DNA of 64,000 nucleotides from Prasinococcaceae sp. CCMP 1430. Taxonomy: Eukaryota > Plantae > Prasinodermophyta. The DNA lies in contig RQSC01000010.1 in the NCBI GenBank assembly GCA_013416795.1, positions 310,029-374,028 on the forward strand. The letters run 5' to 3'. Below, in pieces: positions 1 to 11,005 of this stretch. The notes beneath the pieces are model-generated. The model was given only the letters and a program-made list of their open reading frames with translations, made no database searches and had not been told where the DNA came from. Numbering within the stretch: position 1 is the first letter of the stretch; each line of letters opens with the position of its first letter. Position numbers and translations under genes: made by a program.

Positions 1-228
1 AAAAATCCCGTAGAAAAAGAAAAAACAGAAGAGCAGAAGGGTCGGCCAAAAATGCTCTATTTGATTTTCTTATTCAACCCTCTCTGCAAAGTTGGTCATG
101 GTATTTCAGGCGTGGCATTGTGCAAAATTAGTACTTAGTACATTGTGTTTCCGCAAGAAAAGCCTAAGCAAGGAAAAACACCCTATACAAGTTAGTTCCA
201 CTTAAAATTATTCTAAACAAAACATAAC

Positions 229-1788
229 ATGAAAGTTCTTTCTTATTATCATCAACTTTATCCTTTGCTTTTACAAGAAGATTTACATAGCCTTACTTTA
301 GAAGCCTGGGTTGGGTCTTCAGATCCAATTAATAGCCTGACTTATAACTCTTGGCAACCAAAATGGAGTTTTATGCTTTTAAAGCGAGAAATAGCCAATA
401 TACGCGCTCAGTCCAATAAGTCTCATTTGTCGCCAATAGCTTTAAATACGCTATCTTGTATTTTAGTGATTTTGTGGGAATCTGATTGCAAACCAGACTG
501 GTTTTTTAGCCAGTTTCAACACCGGGGTACTTATACGGCTATGCACTCTGCTTTAGCTTGTTTGGAAGGACGCACAGATAGTCAACAATTAATGTTAAGA
601 ACACATTTACCGAGCTGTGTGCATCCAGAAATTTCAGTTCGATTGCTCCGTGACCATTTTTCAGATCTTCCTCTCTTGCATCTATTTCGTCAGATCCTCC
701 ATTTCAATCACGTGAATTTCTATAGCCAGAGATGGACTAAGCTGACTACCCTTTTGTGGAACCGTTGGGCACTGGAATTTGATTCTTTTTTCGACTTCAA
801 AATTTCTCAATTGATTAAGCCTGATTTTCATTCACTACAGTCTGCAAATTTGAGTAATTGCTACCGCAAGTTGGTTTATTTAACAGGTTGTTCTAAACTA
901 AGCTCTTCGGCCCATCAAGCCAATTATGGTATGTTGAATGTAGATCCAGGCTTGTGTTTTAATATTCCTGAGATCGCTCTCCAGTATATTCGTTGTGGTA
1001 ATGCTTGGAGCTTAAGTGTGGACCAGATCAGTAAAACATGTGCTCAACTTCCTAATCAAGGTTCTCGATGGTTAGAACAGCGGCTAGGCTATTATCATAC
1101 TTCTTCTTTATGGAGTTGGACAAAAGCCGGCCAAAAATGTGTCTTTTTTTTAGGATTTGCTTTGCAACTACAAGCTAAAGTCCTGTTTTGGTTTGCAAAA
1201 GAAACTGCTTGTTGGGTCCAAATGCTTGATATTCAAGAACGATTTTATGTACAAAGTCCAAATTGGTCTCTTTTTTACTGTTTAGAAAAACACTCATTTG
1301 CAAGCCATAAAAAAGGAGCTACCAGTCGATTCAACTGGAGTTTAAAAAGAGATGAAGAAATCCTGAAACGGTTTAAGCATCTCTGCAAGGTGCTTAGCCT
1401 TTATTATTATGCATCTAACAGTCAGCAATTACTGGCCCAACTAGTCTCTAGTCTGCGTTTTTCTTGTGCCAAAACTCTAGCCTTCAAGCATAAAACTAAT
1501 CTGCGAAGTATCTGGAAGCATTATGCCACAGCCTTGCCAAGATTCTGGCAACCAGTGTTGGAAGACTATTTGTTTTTCTCGAGCGTAAGTTCTATCAACC
1601 CCAAGATTCTTTCTGACTCGCGAATATGGTTTTTGGAATATGCACAAGTGGGTCTTTGTTGCTGGTTCTGTCTTTCTTTGCAAAGATCTGCCCATGTTGC
1701 TTTTCCGATCTTTGAGGTTTTTGAATCCTTTGCTTATAAGTATGAGAACAAACAGCGTATACATAAAAACCCATACACTGGCTTTTGA
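229..1788 (+). CDS. matK: Maturase K, free-standing (no trnK 3' exon or domain V seen downstream)
   Basis: 519 aa; N-terminal LYPLLLQE motif, domain X-like LRFSCAKTLAFKHK and RIWFLEY motifs match recalled MatK motifs. Confidence 0.9.
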   Translation: MKVLSYYHQLYPLLLQEDLHSLTLEAWVGSSDPINSLTYNSWQPKWSFMLLKREIANIRAQSNKSHLSPIALNTLSCILVILWESDCKPDWFFSQFQHRGTYTAMHSALACLEGRTDSQQLMLRTHLPSCVHPEISVRLLRDHFSDLPLLHLFRQILHFNHVNFYSQRWTKLTTLLWNRWALEFDSFFDFKISQLIKPDFHSLQSANLSNCYRKLVYLTGCSKLSSSAHQANYGMLNVDPGLCFNIPEIALQYIRCGNAWSLSVDQISKTCAQLPNQGSRWLEQRLGYYHTSSLWSWTKAGQKCVFFLGFALQLQAKVLFWFAKETACWVQMLDIQERFYVQSPNWSLFYCLEKHSFASHKKGATSRFNWSLKRDEEILKRFKHLCKVLSLYYYASNSQQLLAQLVSSLRFSCAKTLAFKHKTNLRSIWKHYATALPRFWQPVLEDYLFFSSVSSINPKILSDSRIWFLEYAQVGLCCWFCLSLQRSAHVAFPIFEVFESFAYKYENKQRIHKNPYTGF

Positions 1789-2236
1789 TATAATTATGCT
1801 TTGCTTTCTTGTAATTAAAAAAGCACTTTTGTAGACCCAGCACTAAATATTTTAGTCTGATTTATCGTGTGGTCTTTATTTAACACGATATGAACATCTG
1901 AGACCAAGACTAAAGAATTGGTATTTACAGAACAAGCACTATTTTTAGAAGAACTATTTTGGGTCCTGTAAATAGAACAAAGCAAAACACAAAGATTGAA
2001 ACATCGAGTACAGCGCTTAAGCAAGATAAAAGATCCGCAAAGGTGTGCTTGGCTTCAATTATTCACTACAATTGAACCTAAGTCTAGATGCATTTGTTGA
2101 TATACCAAGATTATTTATGTCAGTTTCTACTTGTATTTCAGATGGAAATATTCACTGTCATCATTTTTTTTGCTTGTTTACCCTTTTAGGTTAAAAAAGT
2201 AAACACTTGTAACTCTGTGGTAGTATGGAAAAAACG

Positions 2237-2282
2237 GTGTTGCTGGAGTTATATCTACAAATAGGTGTAACTCCAGCAGCAT
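2237..2282. terminator. Stem-loop between convergent matK and ndhD
   Basis: TGCTGGAGTTA...TAACTCCAGCA inverted repeat with G:U extensions. Confidence 0.6.
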
Positions 2283-2419
2283 ATATCAGGTTTAATGCCG
2301 ATATGGAAATGTTTTGATATTAGATAAAAAAGATAGCTGCTTTTGGAATGTGAATGTTTTAGTAATATGACGACTATGGTATGAATGAAATTAGGCTTTC
2401 AAAAACAAATATACCTGGT

Positions 2420-4015
2420 TTAAGGCGCTTGTACCAGAGATAGTCTGGATTGCGGGTTATTAGAAGAAAATATAGTTGAGTTTGATCTAGTTTTATTTTG
2501 TACTGTGTATCTTGGGGCTGATTCAGATAAAGCTACGACTGCTTGTGTCTTAGTACTCCAAAGTGGCAATATTAAGTTCGGGTAAAGACCCAATCCAACA
2601 ATCGGAAGACATAAAGAGGTTAAGATAAAGACCTCGCGTGGCCCAGAGTCTAAGGACATAGATGGCCAAAAGCGTGTTTGACGATGTCCATAGAACATCT
2701 GTCGAAGCATAGATAAAAGATAAATTGGAGTCAGAATAATTCCAATGGCCTCGATAGTAGTTACAATGGCTCGAAATGATATCGAGTAAAACGTGCTGGT
2801 AACCAAACCCAAAAAGACCATAAGTTCGGCTACAAAACCACTCATGCCTGGTAAGGCTAAAGAAGCCATGGAAGCCACACTAAGCATGGCAAACATTTTA
2901 GGCATTTGCAAAGCCCAAGAACCCATCTCTTCTAAAATAAGCGTTCGCGTGCGGTCATAACTAGTGCCTGCTAAAAAGAAGAGTGCCGCGCCAATCAAAC
3001 CATGGGAAATCATTTGTAGCATGGCCCCACTAAGACCGAGATCAGAAAGTGAGCCAATCCCAACCATGACGAAGCCCATATGGGAAACTGAAGAGTAAGC
3101 TATTCGCCGCTTCAGGTTACGTTGTGCCAGAGAAGTTAGTGCAGCATACACAATTTGAGCCGCTCCTAAAATAACTAGCCAAGGAGCAAATAAGCTGTGG
3201 GCGTGTGATAAGAGTTCCATGTTTAGCCTAATTAAGCCGTATCCACCCATTTTCAGTAGAATGCCTGCCAAAAGCATACATGTGCTGTAATGAGCTTCAC
3301 CATGTGTATCTGGTAACCAAGTGTGTAAAGGAAAAGCAGGCAATTTCACTGCATAAGTGATTAGGAAACCAAAATACAGTAATACTTCTAAACTCAGGGG
3401 GTAGGTTTTAGAAGCTAAAGTTTCAAAGTCTAAAACTGGCTTCTCTGAACCCCACAAACTCATAGTGAGACCTGCAACTAATAGAAAAATGGAACCTCCT
3501 GCCGTATACAAGATAAATTTGGTGGCTGAGTATAATCGTCTTTTGCCCCCCCACATGCACAAGAGTAAATAAACTGGAACTAGTTCAAGCTCCCACATGA
3601 AGAAAAAGAGCAATATATCTTGAGAAGCAAATAGTCCGAGTTGCCCACTGTACATAGCGAGCATTAAAAAATAAAACAGCCTTGGATTACGGGTCACCGG
3701 CCAAGCAGCTAAAGTAGCCAAGGTAGTGACAAAGCCAGTCAGTAAAAAAAGCCCCACCGATAGTCCATCAATACCTAATCGCCAGTGAAAACCAATTGGT
3801 TCAATCCATTGGTAACTCTCTGTCAATTGTATTGCTGTGCTTCCTAAGCTATAAAAAGAGCCAAACACATAAGTCATCAGAAGAAGGTCTAAGAGGCAGA
3901 TACCCAAAGCATACCAGCGGACCAAATGATTCCCTGCTTTAGGCAAAAATGGAATGCATAAACCAGCACAGACCGGAAATAGCACAATTGTTGTTAACCA
4001 AGGGAAATGCATCAT
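2420..4015 (-). CDS. ndhD: NADH dehydrogenase-like complex subunit D
   Basis: 531 aa, [11 protein letters not shown] start, [19 protein letters not shown] motif. Confidence 0.97.
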   Translation of the reverse strand: MMHFPWLTTIVLFPVCAGLCIPFLPKAGNHLVRWYALGICLLDLLLMTYVFGSFYSLGSTAIQLTESYQWIEPIGFHWRLGIDGLSVGLFLLTGFVTTLATLAAWPVTRNPRLFYFLMLAMYSGQLGLFASQDILLFFFMWELELVPVYLLLCMWGGKRRLYSATKFILYTAGGSIFLLVAGLTMSLWGSEKPVLDFETLASKTYPLSLEVLLYFGFLITYAVKLPAFPLHTWLPDTHGEAHYSTCMLLAGILLKMGGYGLIRLNMELLSHAHSLFAPWLVILGAAQIVYAALTSLAQRNLKRRIAYSSVSHMGFVMVGIGSLSDLGLSGAMLQMISHGLIGAALFFLAGTSYDRTRTLILEEMGSWALQMPKMFAMLSVASMASLALPGMSGFVAELMVFLGLVTSTFYSISFRAIVTTIEAIGIILTPIYLLSMLRQMFYGHRQTRFWPSMSLDSGPREVFILTSLCLPIVGLGLYPNLILPLWSTKTQAVVALSESAPRYTVQNKTRSNSTIFSSNNPQSRLSLVQAP

Positions 4016-4240
4016 AATGTGGCGAAGAGGGGGGGGTTGATAACGTTCCTGTCATGCGATCAGCAGTTTCCAGAATAGCCAAGACCTCTAGGCTGAGATG
4101 TCTTTTTAATGGCCACTCACTAAGTCAGATAGAAAAGGCTTTCGCTAGCTTTATCAGCTGGTAAAAGCCTTTTCTATGCATCACCAGGAGCTTTTTTTGT
4201 AAAGCCCTGATCTTTTTGAGCATAATTCCGCTTGCAAGAA

Positions 4241-4504
<264 letters not shown>

Positions 4505-4652
4505 TTAGAACTTCAGAGACATTAACTTCAATGATCGGACCAGACAGGCTGCTTAAGCCTGAAAACACTTAGCTCTACCTGCCCTTCTAAACATATCATA
4601 CCACATCTTAGACGGCTACAGAGACCTTAAAATAGAATAAAAAGCCATAGCC

Positions 4653-4750
4653 GTACCTTGTACCTTGTACCTTGTACCTTCTACCTTGTACCTTGTACCT
4701 TGTACCTTGTACCTTGTACCTTCTACCTTCTACCTTCTACCTTCTACCTT
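4653..4750. repeat. Tandem array of 14 heptamers (GTACCTT x4, CTACCTT, GTACCTT x5, CTACCTT x4)
   Basis: Directly counted in the sequence. Confidence 0.95.
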
Positions 4751-4791
4751 AGCTATTCTTTACTTCTGGTCATCCTTTACTTTGTGTTCCA

Positions 4792-4828
4792 TCAGTAAGT
4801 CAGTAAGTCAGTAAATCAGTAAGTCAGT
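4792..4828. repeat. Tandem 8-mer TCAGTAAG, about 4.6 copies
   Basis: tcagtaag tcagtaag tcagtaaa tcagtaag tcagt. Confidence 0.9.
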
Positions 4829-5054
4829 TGGTTGCTAAAAAAATTCTTTTTTCTATGCAGAAGTACAAAAGGGAGGGACTTAAGGGCTGAGTTTCAAAAT
4901 CATGAATATTGGGTTTTACATCCATAGATAGAGGATCATGTCCCTAGCCAAGAGATAGACTAATGTCGTGCTTTTTGTACTAAAGAAAAATTTGGCAAGT
5001 GTTAGTATGCTGTTGTACATTCTTGTGCCCCAACTGTGCTTGATTCCGAGCCAA

Positions 5055-5126
5055 GTCCTAGTAGCTCAGTGGTAGAGCTATCGACTTTTAATCGACAGGT
5101 CGTAGGTTCGAACCCTACCTAGGGCA
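5055..5126 (+). tRNA. trnK-UUU: tRNA-Lys(UUU), intronless, non-canonical trnN-like body
   Basis: 72-nt cloverleaf: acceptor GTCCTAG/CTAGGGC plus A73, loop CT-TTT-AA, T arm GTAGG-TTCGAAC-CCTAC. Confidence 0.88.
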
Positions 5127-5384
5127 TTTTTAGGTCTTTTTCTTGAATGTAAGCAGAAGTATAGACCTTGTGATTCATCCTAGCTTTGTGTAAGATAACT
5201 TGGGCTTGGCTTTATCAGGTGCTCTGCCAGACTCATGCTTGAAGACAGCAAATAGTGTTCTTTTGGCTATAAGAGCATATATCATCGGGCTGCTGACTAT
5301 TTCTGCTTCTGGGCAATGTGAAGCAGAGTGGTGGAAGTGTGTAAGCAAAATTAATCAGAACTTAGTTGCTTGGGATAAAATGAT

Positions 5385-6449
5385 ATGAGTAATACTGTAG
5401 ATAGACCTACTCTTCAACGTCCAGTATTTCCTTTTACTGCTATTGTTGGCCAGGAAGAAATGAAGTTGGCTCTTCTTCTCAATGTAGTAGATCCTAAAAT
5501 TGGCGGAGTGATGATTATGGGCGACCGTGGAACTGGAAAATCTACCACGGTCAGAGCTTTGGTCGATCTTTTGCCAGAGATTGAGGTCGTTGCTGACGAT
5601 CCCTTTAATTCCGATCCTCGAGATCCTGAATTAATGAGCGAGGAAGTTCGAGAGAGGATCACTGCCGATCAACCTCTTTCGGTAATTAGTACAAAAATTT
5701 CTATGGTTGATCTTCCTTTGGGTGCTACCGAAGACCGAGTTTGTGGCACTATTGATATAGAGAAAGCTTTGACCGAAGGAATTAAAGCTTTTGAACCTGG
5801 TCTTTTAGCTAAAGCCAACCGAGGCATTTTATACGTAGACGAGGTAAATCTGTTAGATGATCATTTGGTCGATGTGCTTTTGGATGCTGCGGCTTCTGGG
5901 TGGAATACTGTAGAGCGAGAAGGCATTTCTATCTCACATCCAGCACGATTTATTTTAATTGGTTCAGGAAATCCTGAAGAGGGTGAACTTCGTCCACAAT
6001 TGCTAGACCGCTTTGGCATGCACGCGCAAGTAGGGACAGTTAAAGATCCTGAATTACGAGTGAAAATTGTAGAAGAAAGATCGAGTTTTGATCGCGATCC
6101 AGGAGCCTTTCGTACCGCTTATAGGGTACCCCAAGACCATCTTCGAGAGCAAATTAGTCACTCTCGAGAGCGCCTAAGTCAAATTCATTTAGACTATGAT
6201 CTGAGAGTAAAAATCTCTCAAGTCTGTGCCGAGCTCAATGTCGACGGGCTGCGAGGTGATATTGTCACTAATCGAGCTGCAAAAGCCCTTGCAGCTTTAG
6301 GCGATCGCTCTGAGGTCACAGTCAAAGACATTTGGACCGTGATCCCATTATGTCTTCGGCATAGATTGCGTAAAGATCCTTTAGAATCGATTGATTCTGG
6401 ATTGTTAGTGCAAGAAAAATTTAGCAAGGTGTTTGGATATAGTACTTAA
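5385..6449 (+). CDS. chlI: Magnesium chelatase subunit I
   Basis: 354 aa, [16 protein letters not shown], Walker [19 protein letters not shown]. Confidence 0.98.
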   Translation: MSNTVDRPTLQRPVFPFTAIVGQEEMKLALLLNVVDPKIGGVMIMGDRGTGKSTTVRALVDLLPEIEVVADDPFNSDPRDPELMSEEVRERITADQPLSVISTKISMVDLPLGATEDRVCGTIDIEKALTEGIKAFEPGLLAKANRGILYVDEVNLLDDHLVDVLLDAAASGWNTVEREGISISHPARFILIGSGNPEEGELRPQLLDRFGMHAQVGTVKDPELRVKIVEERSSFDRDPGAFRTAYRVPQDHLREQISHSRERLSQIHLDYDLRVKISQVCAELNVDGLRGDIVTNRAAKALAALGDRSEVTVKDIWTVIPLCLRHRLRKDPLESIDSGLLVQEKFSKVFGYST

Positions 6450-6464
6450 AATAGTATCCTCGGT

Positions 6465-6529
6465 TTTGGTGAGTTCAAAAAAAACCTAGCCCAAATGACT
6501 CGGCTAAATTCTTTTCTGAACTCACCAAA
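6465..6529 (+). terminator. Imperfect stem-loop 3' of chlI
   Basis: TTTGGTGAGTTCA (6465-6477) / TGAACTCACCAAA (6517-6529) plus an inner TAGCC/GGCTA pair. Confidence 0.6.
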
Positions 6530-6627
6530 GTCTAAAAAAACTTTCAGCACAGCAGAACTACTACATGTTTTCATCATATCTCAAGCTTAAATACACAAAC
6601 ACAAAGGGCAGAAGGGCCTACGTATGG

Positions 6628-6657
6628 TTGACATATCTAGGTCTTTGGTGATATTAT
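6628..6657 (+). promoter_or_regulatory. Sigma70-type promoter for trnL(UAG)
   Basis: TTGACA-18 nt-TATTAT just upstream of the tRNA. Confidence 0.6.
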
Positions 6658-6675
6658 GTGTCTACGGACAGATAA

Positions 6676-6755
6676 GCCGCCATGGTGAAATTGGTAGACA
6701 CGCTGCTCTTAGGAAGCAGTGCTAGAGCATCTCGGTTCGAGTCCGAGTGGCGGCA
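6676..6755 (+). tRNA. trnL-UAG: tRNA-Leu(UAG)
   Basis: 80-nt GCCGCCATGGTGAAATTGG...GTGGCGGCA, anticodon TAG, long variable arm. Confidence 0.96.
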
Positions 6756-6918
6756 TGTGGCTACATGTTTTCTGAATTTAGTATTTTAACTCCTTGGTTT
6801 TTACGTATCCTTTGCAACCAACAGGAAATGAATTTTGTTCAAGGAAGACTTGACCCTCCTTTGTCTGTGAAGGTCTGCGCTATTCATGACTGACAGCTAG
6901 CATTTTCTTTTACCCATT

Positions 6919-7887
6919 ATGACATTGGCAATTTTGGAAGCATTTTTGACCCCTTTCGGCCTAATAACCCTTTTGCTAGCCACGCTATTGCTGTGGGCTA
7001 GCCCGATTCTAGCTCATGACAAAAGAGTTTTGTTCTTCCACAAGATAGCCGCAACCTTAGCTAATGCCAGTATTACTGGACTACTGCTACTTCGATGGCT
7101 TATATCAGGACATCTTCCAATTAGTAATCTTTACGAATCAACAATGTTTTTGTCTTGGAATTTGACTTTGCTCCATCTTGTGCTGTCGCACAAAAAAATC
7201 CAGCCCTGGATAGGGCCAGTGCTAATACCAAGCGCCACTTTAATATATGCATTTACTACCTTCGCTTTGCCGACCAAAATGCAACAGTCTACCCTCCTTG
7301 TGCCAGCCTTACAATCTAACTGGTTGATGATGCATGTAAGCATGATGATGCTTAGCTATGGAGCTCTTCTATCCGGATCTTTGCTGGCAGTAACTCTTCT
7401 GATCGTCAAACGTCTGCTGGTCGCAAAAGAATCTTATTTGAGTGTATGGGGACAGCCTTTCTTCTCAGCCCAGGAAAAAAGGAGTTTGACTATTAGCCCC
7501 AGTCTAACTTTTCACTATGCAAATTACTTCTTACAGATAGAATTAGCATGTTTGAAGGTCCGACAAGAAGCCTTAACAGAACAGCTGGACCATTGGAGTT
7601 ATAGAACTATTGGCATAGGATTTCCACTTTTAACTGTCGGTATTCTTTCCGGAGCGGTGTGGGCCAATGAGGCCTGGGGGTCTTATTGGACATGGGATCC
7701 TAAAGAAGTCTGGGCCTTAGTTACTTGGTTAACTTTCGCAGCCTATTTACATATCCGCCTAAGGCAAGGATGGGAAGGCGAAAAGCCTGCCATCCTTGCC
7801 TCTGTAGGTTTTTTTGTGGTGTGGGTCTGTTACTTGGGTGTAAACCTCCTTGGCCGTGGCCTGCATAGTTATGGATGGATTCAGTAA
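6919..7887 (+). CDS. ccsA: Cytochrome c heme attachment protein
   Basis: 322 aa, GHLPISNLYES, WANEAWGSYWTWDPKE (WWD-type) motifs. Confidence 0.96.
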   Translation: MTLAILEAFLTPFGLITLLLATLLLWASPILAHDKRVLFFHKIAATLANASITGLLLLRWLISGHLPISNLYESTMFLSWNLTLLHLVLSHKKIQPWIGPVLIPSATLIYAFTTFALPTKMQQSTLLVPALQSNWLMMHVSMMMLSYGALLSGSLLAVTLLIVKRLLVAKESYLSVWGQPFFSAQEKRSLTISPSLTFHYANYFLQIELACLKVRQEALTEQLDHWSYRTIGIGFPLLTVGILSGAVWANEAWGSYWTWDPKEVWALVTWLTFAAYLHIRLRQGWEGEKPAILASVGFFVVWVCYLGVNLLGRGLHSYGWIQ

Positions 7888-8008
7888 GCTGTACCCTTTA
7901 GACAAAAGCGGATATTTGTTAACTCAGTGCTTTGAGTCCAGGCTGGGTCTAAAGATAAAACCACACTGACATCCTAAAGGTAAGACAAATACTAATGTTC
8001 TCGAGATT

Positions 8009-8119
8009 TTAAAGAATCTCATCTTGCTCAATATACAAAAACAATGAAGCCATGGTAATGGCTGGAAAGACCAGCCCTACCAAGGGTACTAAAATAGAGG
8101 GAAGATAAGAAGCAACCAT
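8009..8119 (-). CDS. psaI: Photosystem I subunit VIII, 36 aa (not in ORF track)
   Basis: Manual translation [36 protein letters not shown]. Confidence 0.96.
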   Translation of the reverse strand: MVASYLPSILVPLVGLVFPAITMASLFLYIEQDEIL

Positions 8120-8382
8120 GATGTGAGTTCCTTAGTAATAGGCCCTGTCACAAAGGCAGAGCGTGAATAAAAGAAAAGATCTGAAGCAAAGGAAAAGGTC
8201 TTGTTTATAGGAGGGTTGAGACCTTGTTTGGGCTAAACAATCAGTCACACAGCGAGCTTGAGTGGGTATCCTTGGGATTGTAACACAAGTCAGCCTGAGG
8301 AAAAATAGCTCCGGAAGATTCGAAATCCTAATATTCTCTATTTCTAGACCTAGAAGAAGCAGCCTAGCATGTTTTTGAGTCG

Positions 8383-8829
8383 TTAAAACGAACAGATCAA
8401 AAATAGACCTACGCAAATTTCAGCATCACGGTCTAACCTCCCAATTCCGAATAAGATTAACAGGCTGGGACGACTCATAGCATCTCTTTTCTTGAATAGA
8501 ATGATTGACGCAGAGATGGGCTTAAATTTATGCTTGTTGACACTCGCATGCAATTCAATTGTATCTTGCAAAAAGGATTGATACGCTAAAGGCACCGGGT
8601 GCCGAATTTGTTGAATTTTTAGATTTTCACAGAATTCTCGATTGTTTTCATTCTGAGGTAATGTTTCTGAGGTTTTGTGAGCGGTGATAAGAGCTGGCAA
8701 TTCCCTGGAGGCAGCTAATGATGCATAATTTTTTTGATTGCATAAAAATGCGTACATAATTGTGAAAAGTACGCTTAAGGCCATTGTCTCATAAAATTTA
8801 TATAACCAGTCAAAGTTTCTCTTATTCAT
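8383..8829 (-). other. Unassigned ORF of about 148 aa (from the MNKRNF Met) between accD and psaI
   Basis: Open frame in ORF track (8383..8913); its 5' part overlaps the accD hairpin, so the second Met is preferred; no recognisable family. Confidence 0.3.
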
Positions 8830-8860
8830 ATCAATAGAATATCTTTTATTGTATGGCACT

Positions 8861-8909
8861 GATCTAAGTGGACAAGTTGAAGTGTTATTGAAACTTGTCC
8901 ACTTAGATC
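8861..8909 (-). terminator. 18-bp perfect inverted repeat 3' of accD
   Basis: GATCTAAGTGGACAAGTT / AACTTGTCCACTTAGATC. Confidence 0.7.
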
Positions 8910-8948
8910 GCATTAAATGATCGTGACTTAATTGTAGCTCAAGATGGT

Positions 8949-9896
8949 CTATTCGTCTACTTTTTTAAAAGAAGATAGGCTTGAAACGGGGGCGATGAAA
9001 GGAAGCTGCCCGGAAAAAGTGCGAGGAGCACTGCTATAAAGTTCAAACAACTCTCCGAGCACACCCTTGAGGATAGCACGGGGCACAATCAGATCGAGCA
9101 AACCATGTTTGAAGAGAGATTCAGCAACCTGAAAACCATCTGGCACTTCTTGGCGCAAAGTCTGTTCAATTACCCTTTTGCCTGCGAAAGCAATATATGC
9201 TCGCGGTTCAGCTATAATTATGTCTCCGAGCATACCGAAGCTTGCTGTGACTCCCCCAGTGGTAGGATAAGTCAGGATCGAGATATACAAAAGTCTGTTT
9301 CGAATTTGATGAATTTGTAACACCGCTGCGATTTTAGCCATCTGCATTAGGCTTAAGGTTCCTTCTTGCATCCGGGCGCCTCCTGAAGCACAAATAATAA
9401 TTACGGGCAAGGCCTTTGTGGTGGCATATTCCACAAGTCGGGTAATTTTTTCTCCTACAACTGAGCCCATACTTCCACCCATAAATTGAAAATCCATGAC
9501 TCCTAAAGCTACAGTTAAACCGCGTAATTTTCCAGTACCTGTTTGTATCGCATCCGTCAATCCTGTACGTATTTGATTTTCTTCTAAACGATCCTCGTAG
9601 CTTTGCTCATCCACAAATCCTAGTAGATCTTGAGAAAGCATATTTTCATCCATAGGCGTCCATGTACCACTGTCAATAAGTAACTCAATTCTTTCACTAC
9701 TGTTCATTTCTAAGTGGTAACCACATTCTTTACAAATTCGTTGATGCTGTTTTAAAAATCTAACATAAAGCATACTTTCGCAATTATCACATTGAGTCCA
9801 TAACCCTTCGCTTGGATCAGACTCTGGATACTTGGGTTTAGGAGTAGTAAGCATTTTTAACCTACGTTTTTCTTCAAACCAATCTGCTAAAGACAT
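8949..9896 (-). CDS. accD: Acetyl-CoA carboxylase beta subunit
   Basis: LWTQCDNC...CKEC zinc finger, [20 protein letters not shown]. Confidence 0.97.
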   Translation of the reverse strand: MSLADWFEEKRRLKMLTTPKPKYPESDPSEGLWTQCDNCESMLYVRFLKQHQRICKECGYHLEMNSSERIELLIDSGTWTPMDENMLSQDLLGFVDEQSYEDRLEENQIRTGLTDAIQTGTGKLRGLTVALGVMDFQFMGGSMGSVVGEKITRLVEYATTKALPVIIICASGGARMQEGTLSLMQMAKIAAVLQIHQIRNRLLYISILTYPTTGGVTASFGMLGDIIIAEPRAYIAFAGKRVIEQTLRQEVPDGFQVAESLFKHGLLDLIVPRAILKGVLGELFELYSSAPRTFSGQLPFIAPVSSLSSFKKVDE

Positions 9897-10254
9897 AGAA
9901 AACTCCTTGAATTAGAATAAACCAAACCATACAGCACCTCTGAAAATGACATGCTGATTAGTGGACTAATAATATCATAGAGGCTAGACTTCTGTTTGCC
10001 AAGTTTTTTAATCTACCAAATTCTTTCATCGCATAAAAGAAATACAAAACATTTCAATATGAGATTTAGAGTTTTTAAACTATCTTCTGTATTTTTGGAA
10101 AGCCAAACCAATTTCTCATTTTGCAAACAGATTCGATATACTTTGGAGCCTATTGCTTTCAGAAGGAATTGACTTGATAATCTGGCATTTGTAACGCTTG
10201 CACAAACTGAAAGCGGTTTGCTGAATGAGTATAAAGAAAGGAGATGTAAAATTA

Positions 10255-10806
10255 ATGGACGAAGAATTTGAAGCGTTGTGGATAAAACCTGTGATCGGCT
10301 CAAATAAATTAAGCAATTGGCTTTGGGCTATTTTTCTTTTCGCAGGGTCAGTCGGTTTTTTGCTTGCTGGGCTTTCAAGCTATGCCAGGAAAGATCTCCT
10401 GCCAGTTTTGTCTTCGGAAGGCATTCAATTTGCTCCCCAAGGTTTAGTAATGTGTTTTTACGGTATCGGAGGATGTTCATTAAGCTTGTACTTAAGCTCG
10501 ATGATTTTTTGGGCAATAGGTAGTGGTTATAATGAGTTTGACCGTCGAGAAGGCGTTATTTCCCTCTTTCGTTGGGGCTTTCCTGGAAAAAATCGGCGTA
10601 TCCGAATACGTTTTTTAGTAGAAGATATTCAAGCCGTAAGGCTTAAAGTCGAAGAAGGATGGAATTCAGGTCGGAAACTGTCTGTGAAAATGACGGATGA
10701 GCAAGAAATTGCATTAATGCCCTTAGCTGATTCTCTAAGTCTTCGAGAAGCAGAAGAACAAGCAGCACAACTAGCTAAGTTTTTACGAGTCCCAATGATT
10801 ACTTAA
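10255..10806 (+). CDS. ycf4: Photosystem I assembly protein Ycf4
   Basis: F(A)PQGLVMCFYG, GSGYNEFD, LFRWGFPGKNRRI; start at 10255 chosen because AAGGAG lies upstream. Confidence 0.95.
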   Translation: MDEEFEALWIKPVIGSNKLSNWLWAIFLFAGSVGFLLAGLSSYARKDLLPVLSSEGIQFAPQGLVMCFYGIGGCSLSLYLSSMIFWAIGSGYNEFDRREGVISLFRWGFPGKNRRIRIRFLVEDIQAVRLKVEEGWNSGRKLSVKMTDEQEIALMPLADSLSLREAEEQAAQLAKFLRVPMIT

Positions 10807-11005
10807 AAAAAAAACACAGAAAGAAAACTTATTTTCGAATATTCCTAGGACCAGTACTTAGAATTAGCTTCTAAAATACCTGTACACGTGCTTCTGCGGT
10901 TCGGATGCCCAACCATCTGGCCCGCGGGTGCAAACTAGAGAATCAAGCCATTCCAATAATGGTTAGGCCTGTGGGCCCTTATTAAAGTGAAGGAGGAACT
11001 GAAAG

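Noticed and set aside
2420-2520. About 30-aa C-terminal extension of NdhD
   Set aside because: Low-complexity tail consistent with simple stop-codon drift; no supporting signal.
4653-4750. Possible CRISPR array
   Set aside because: Contiguous 7-bp units with no unique spacers; this is a minisatellite.
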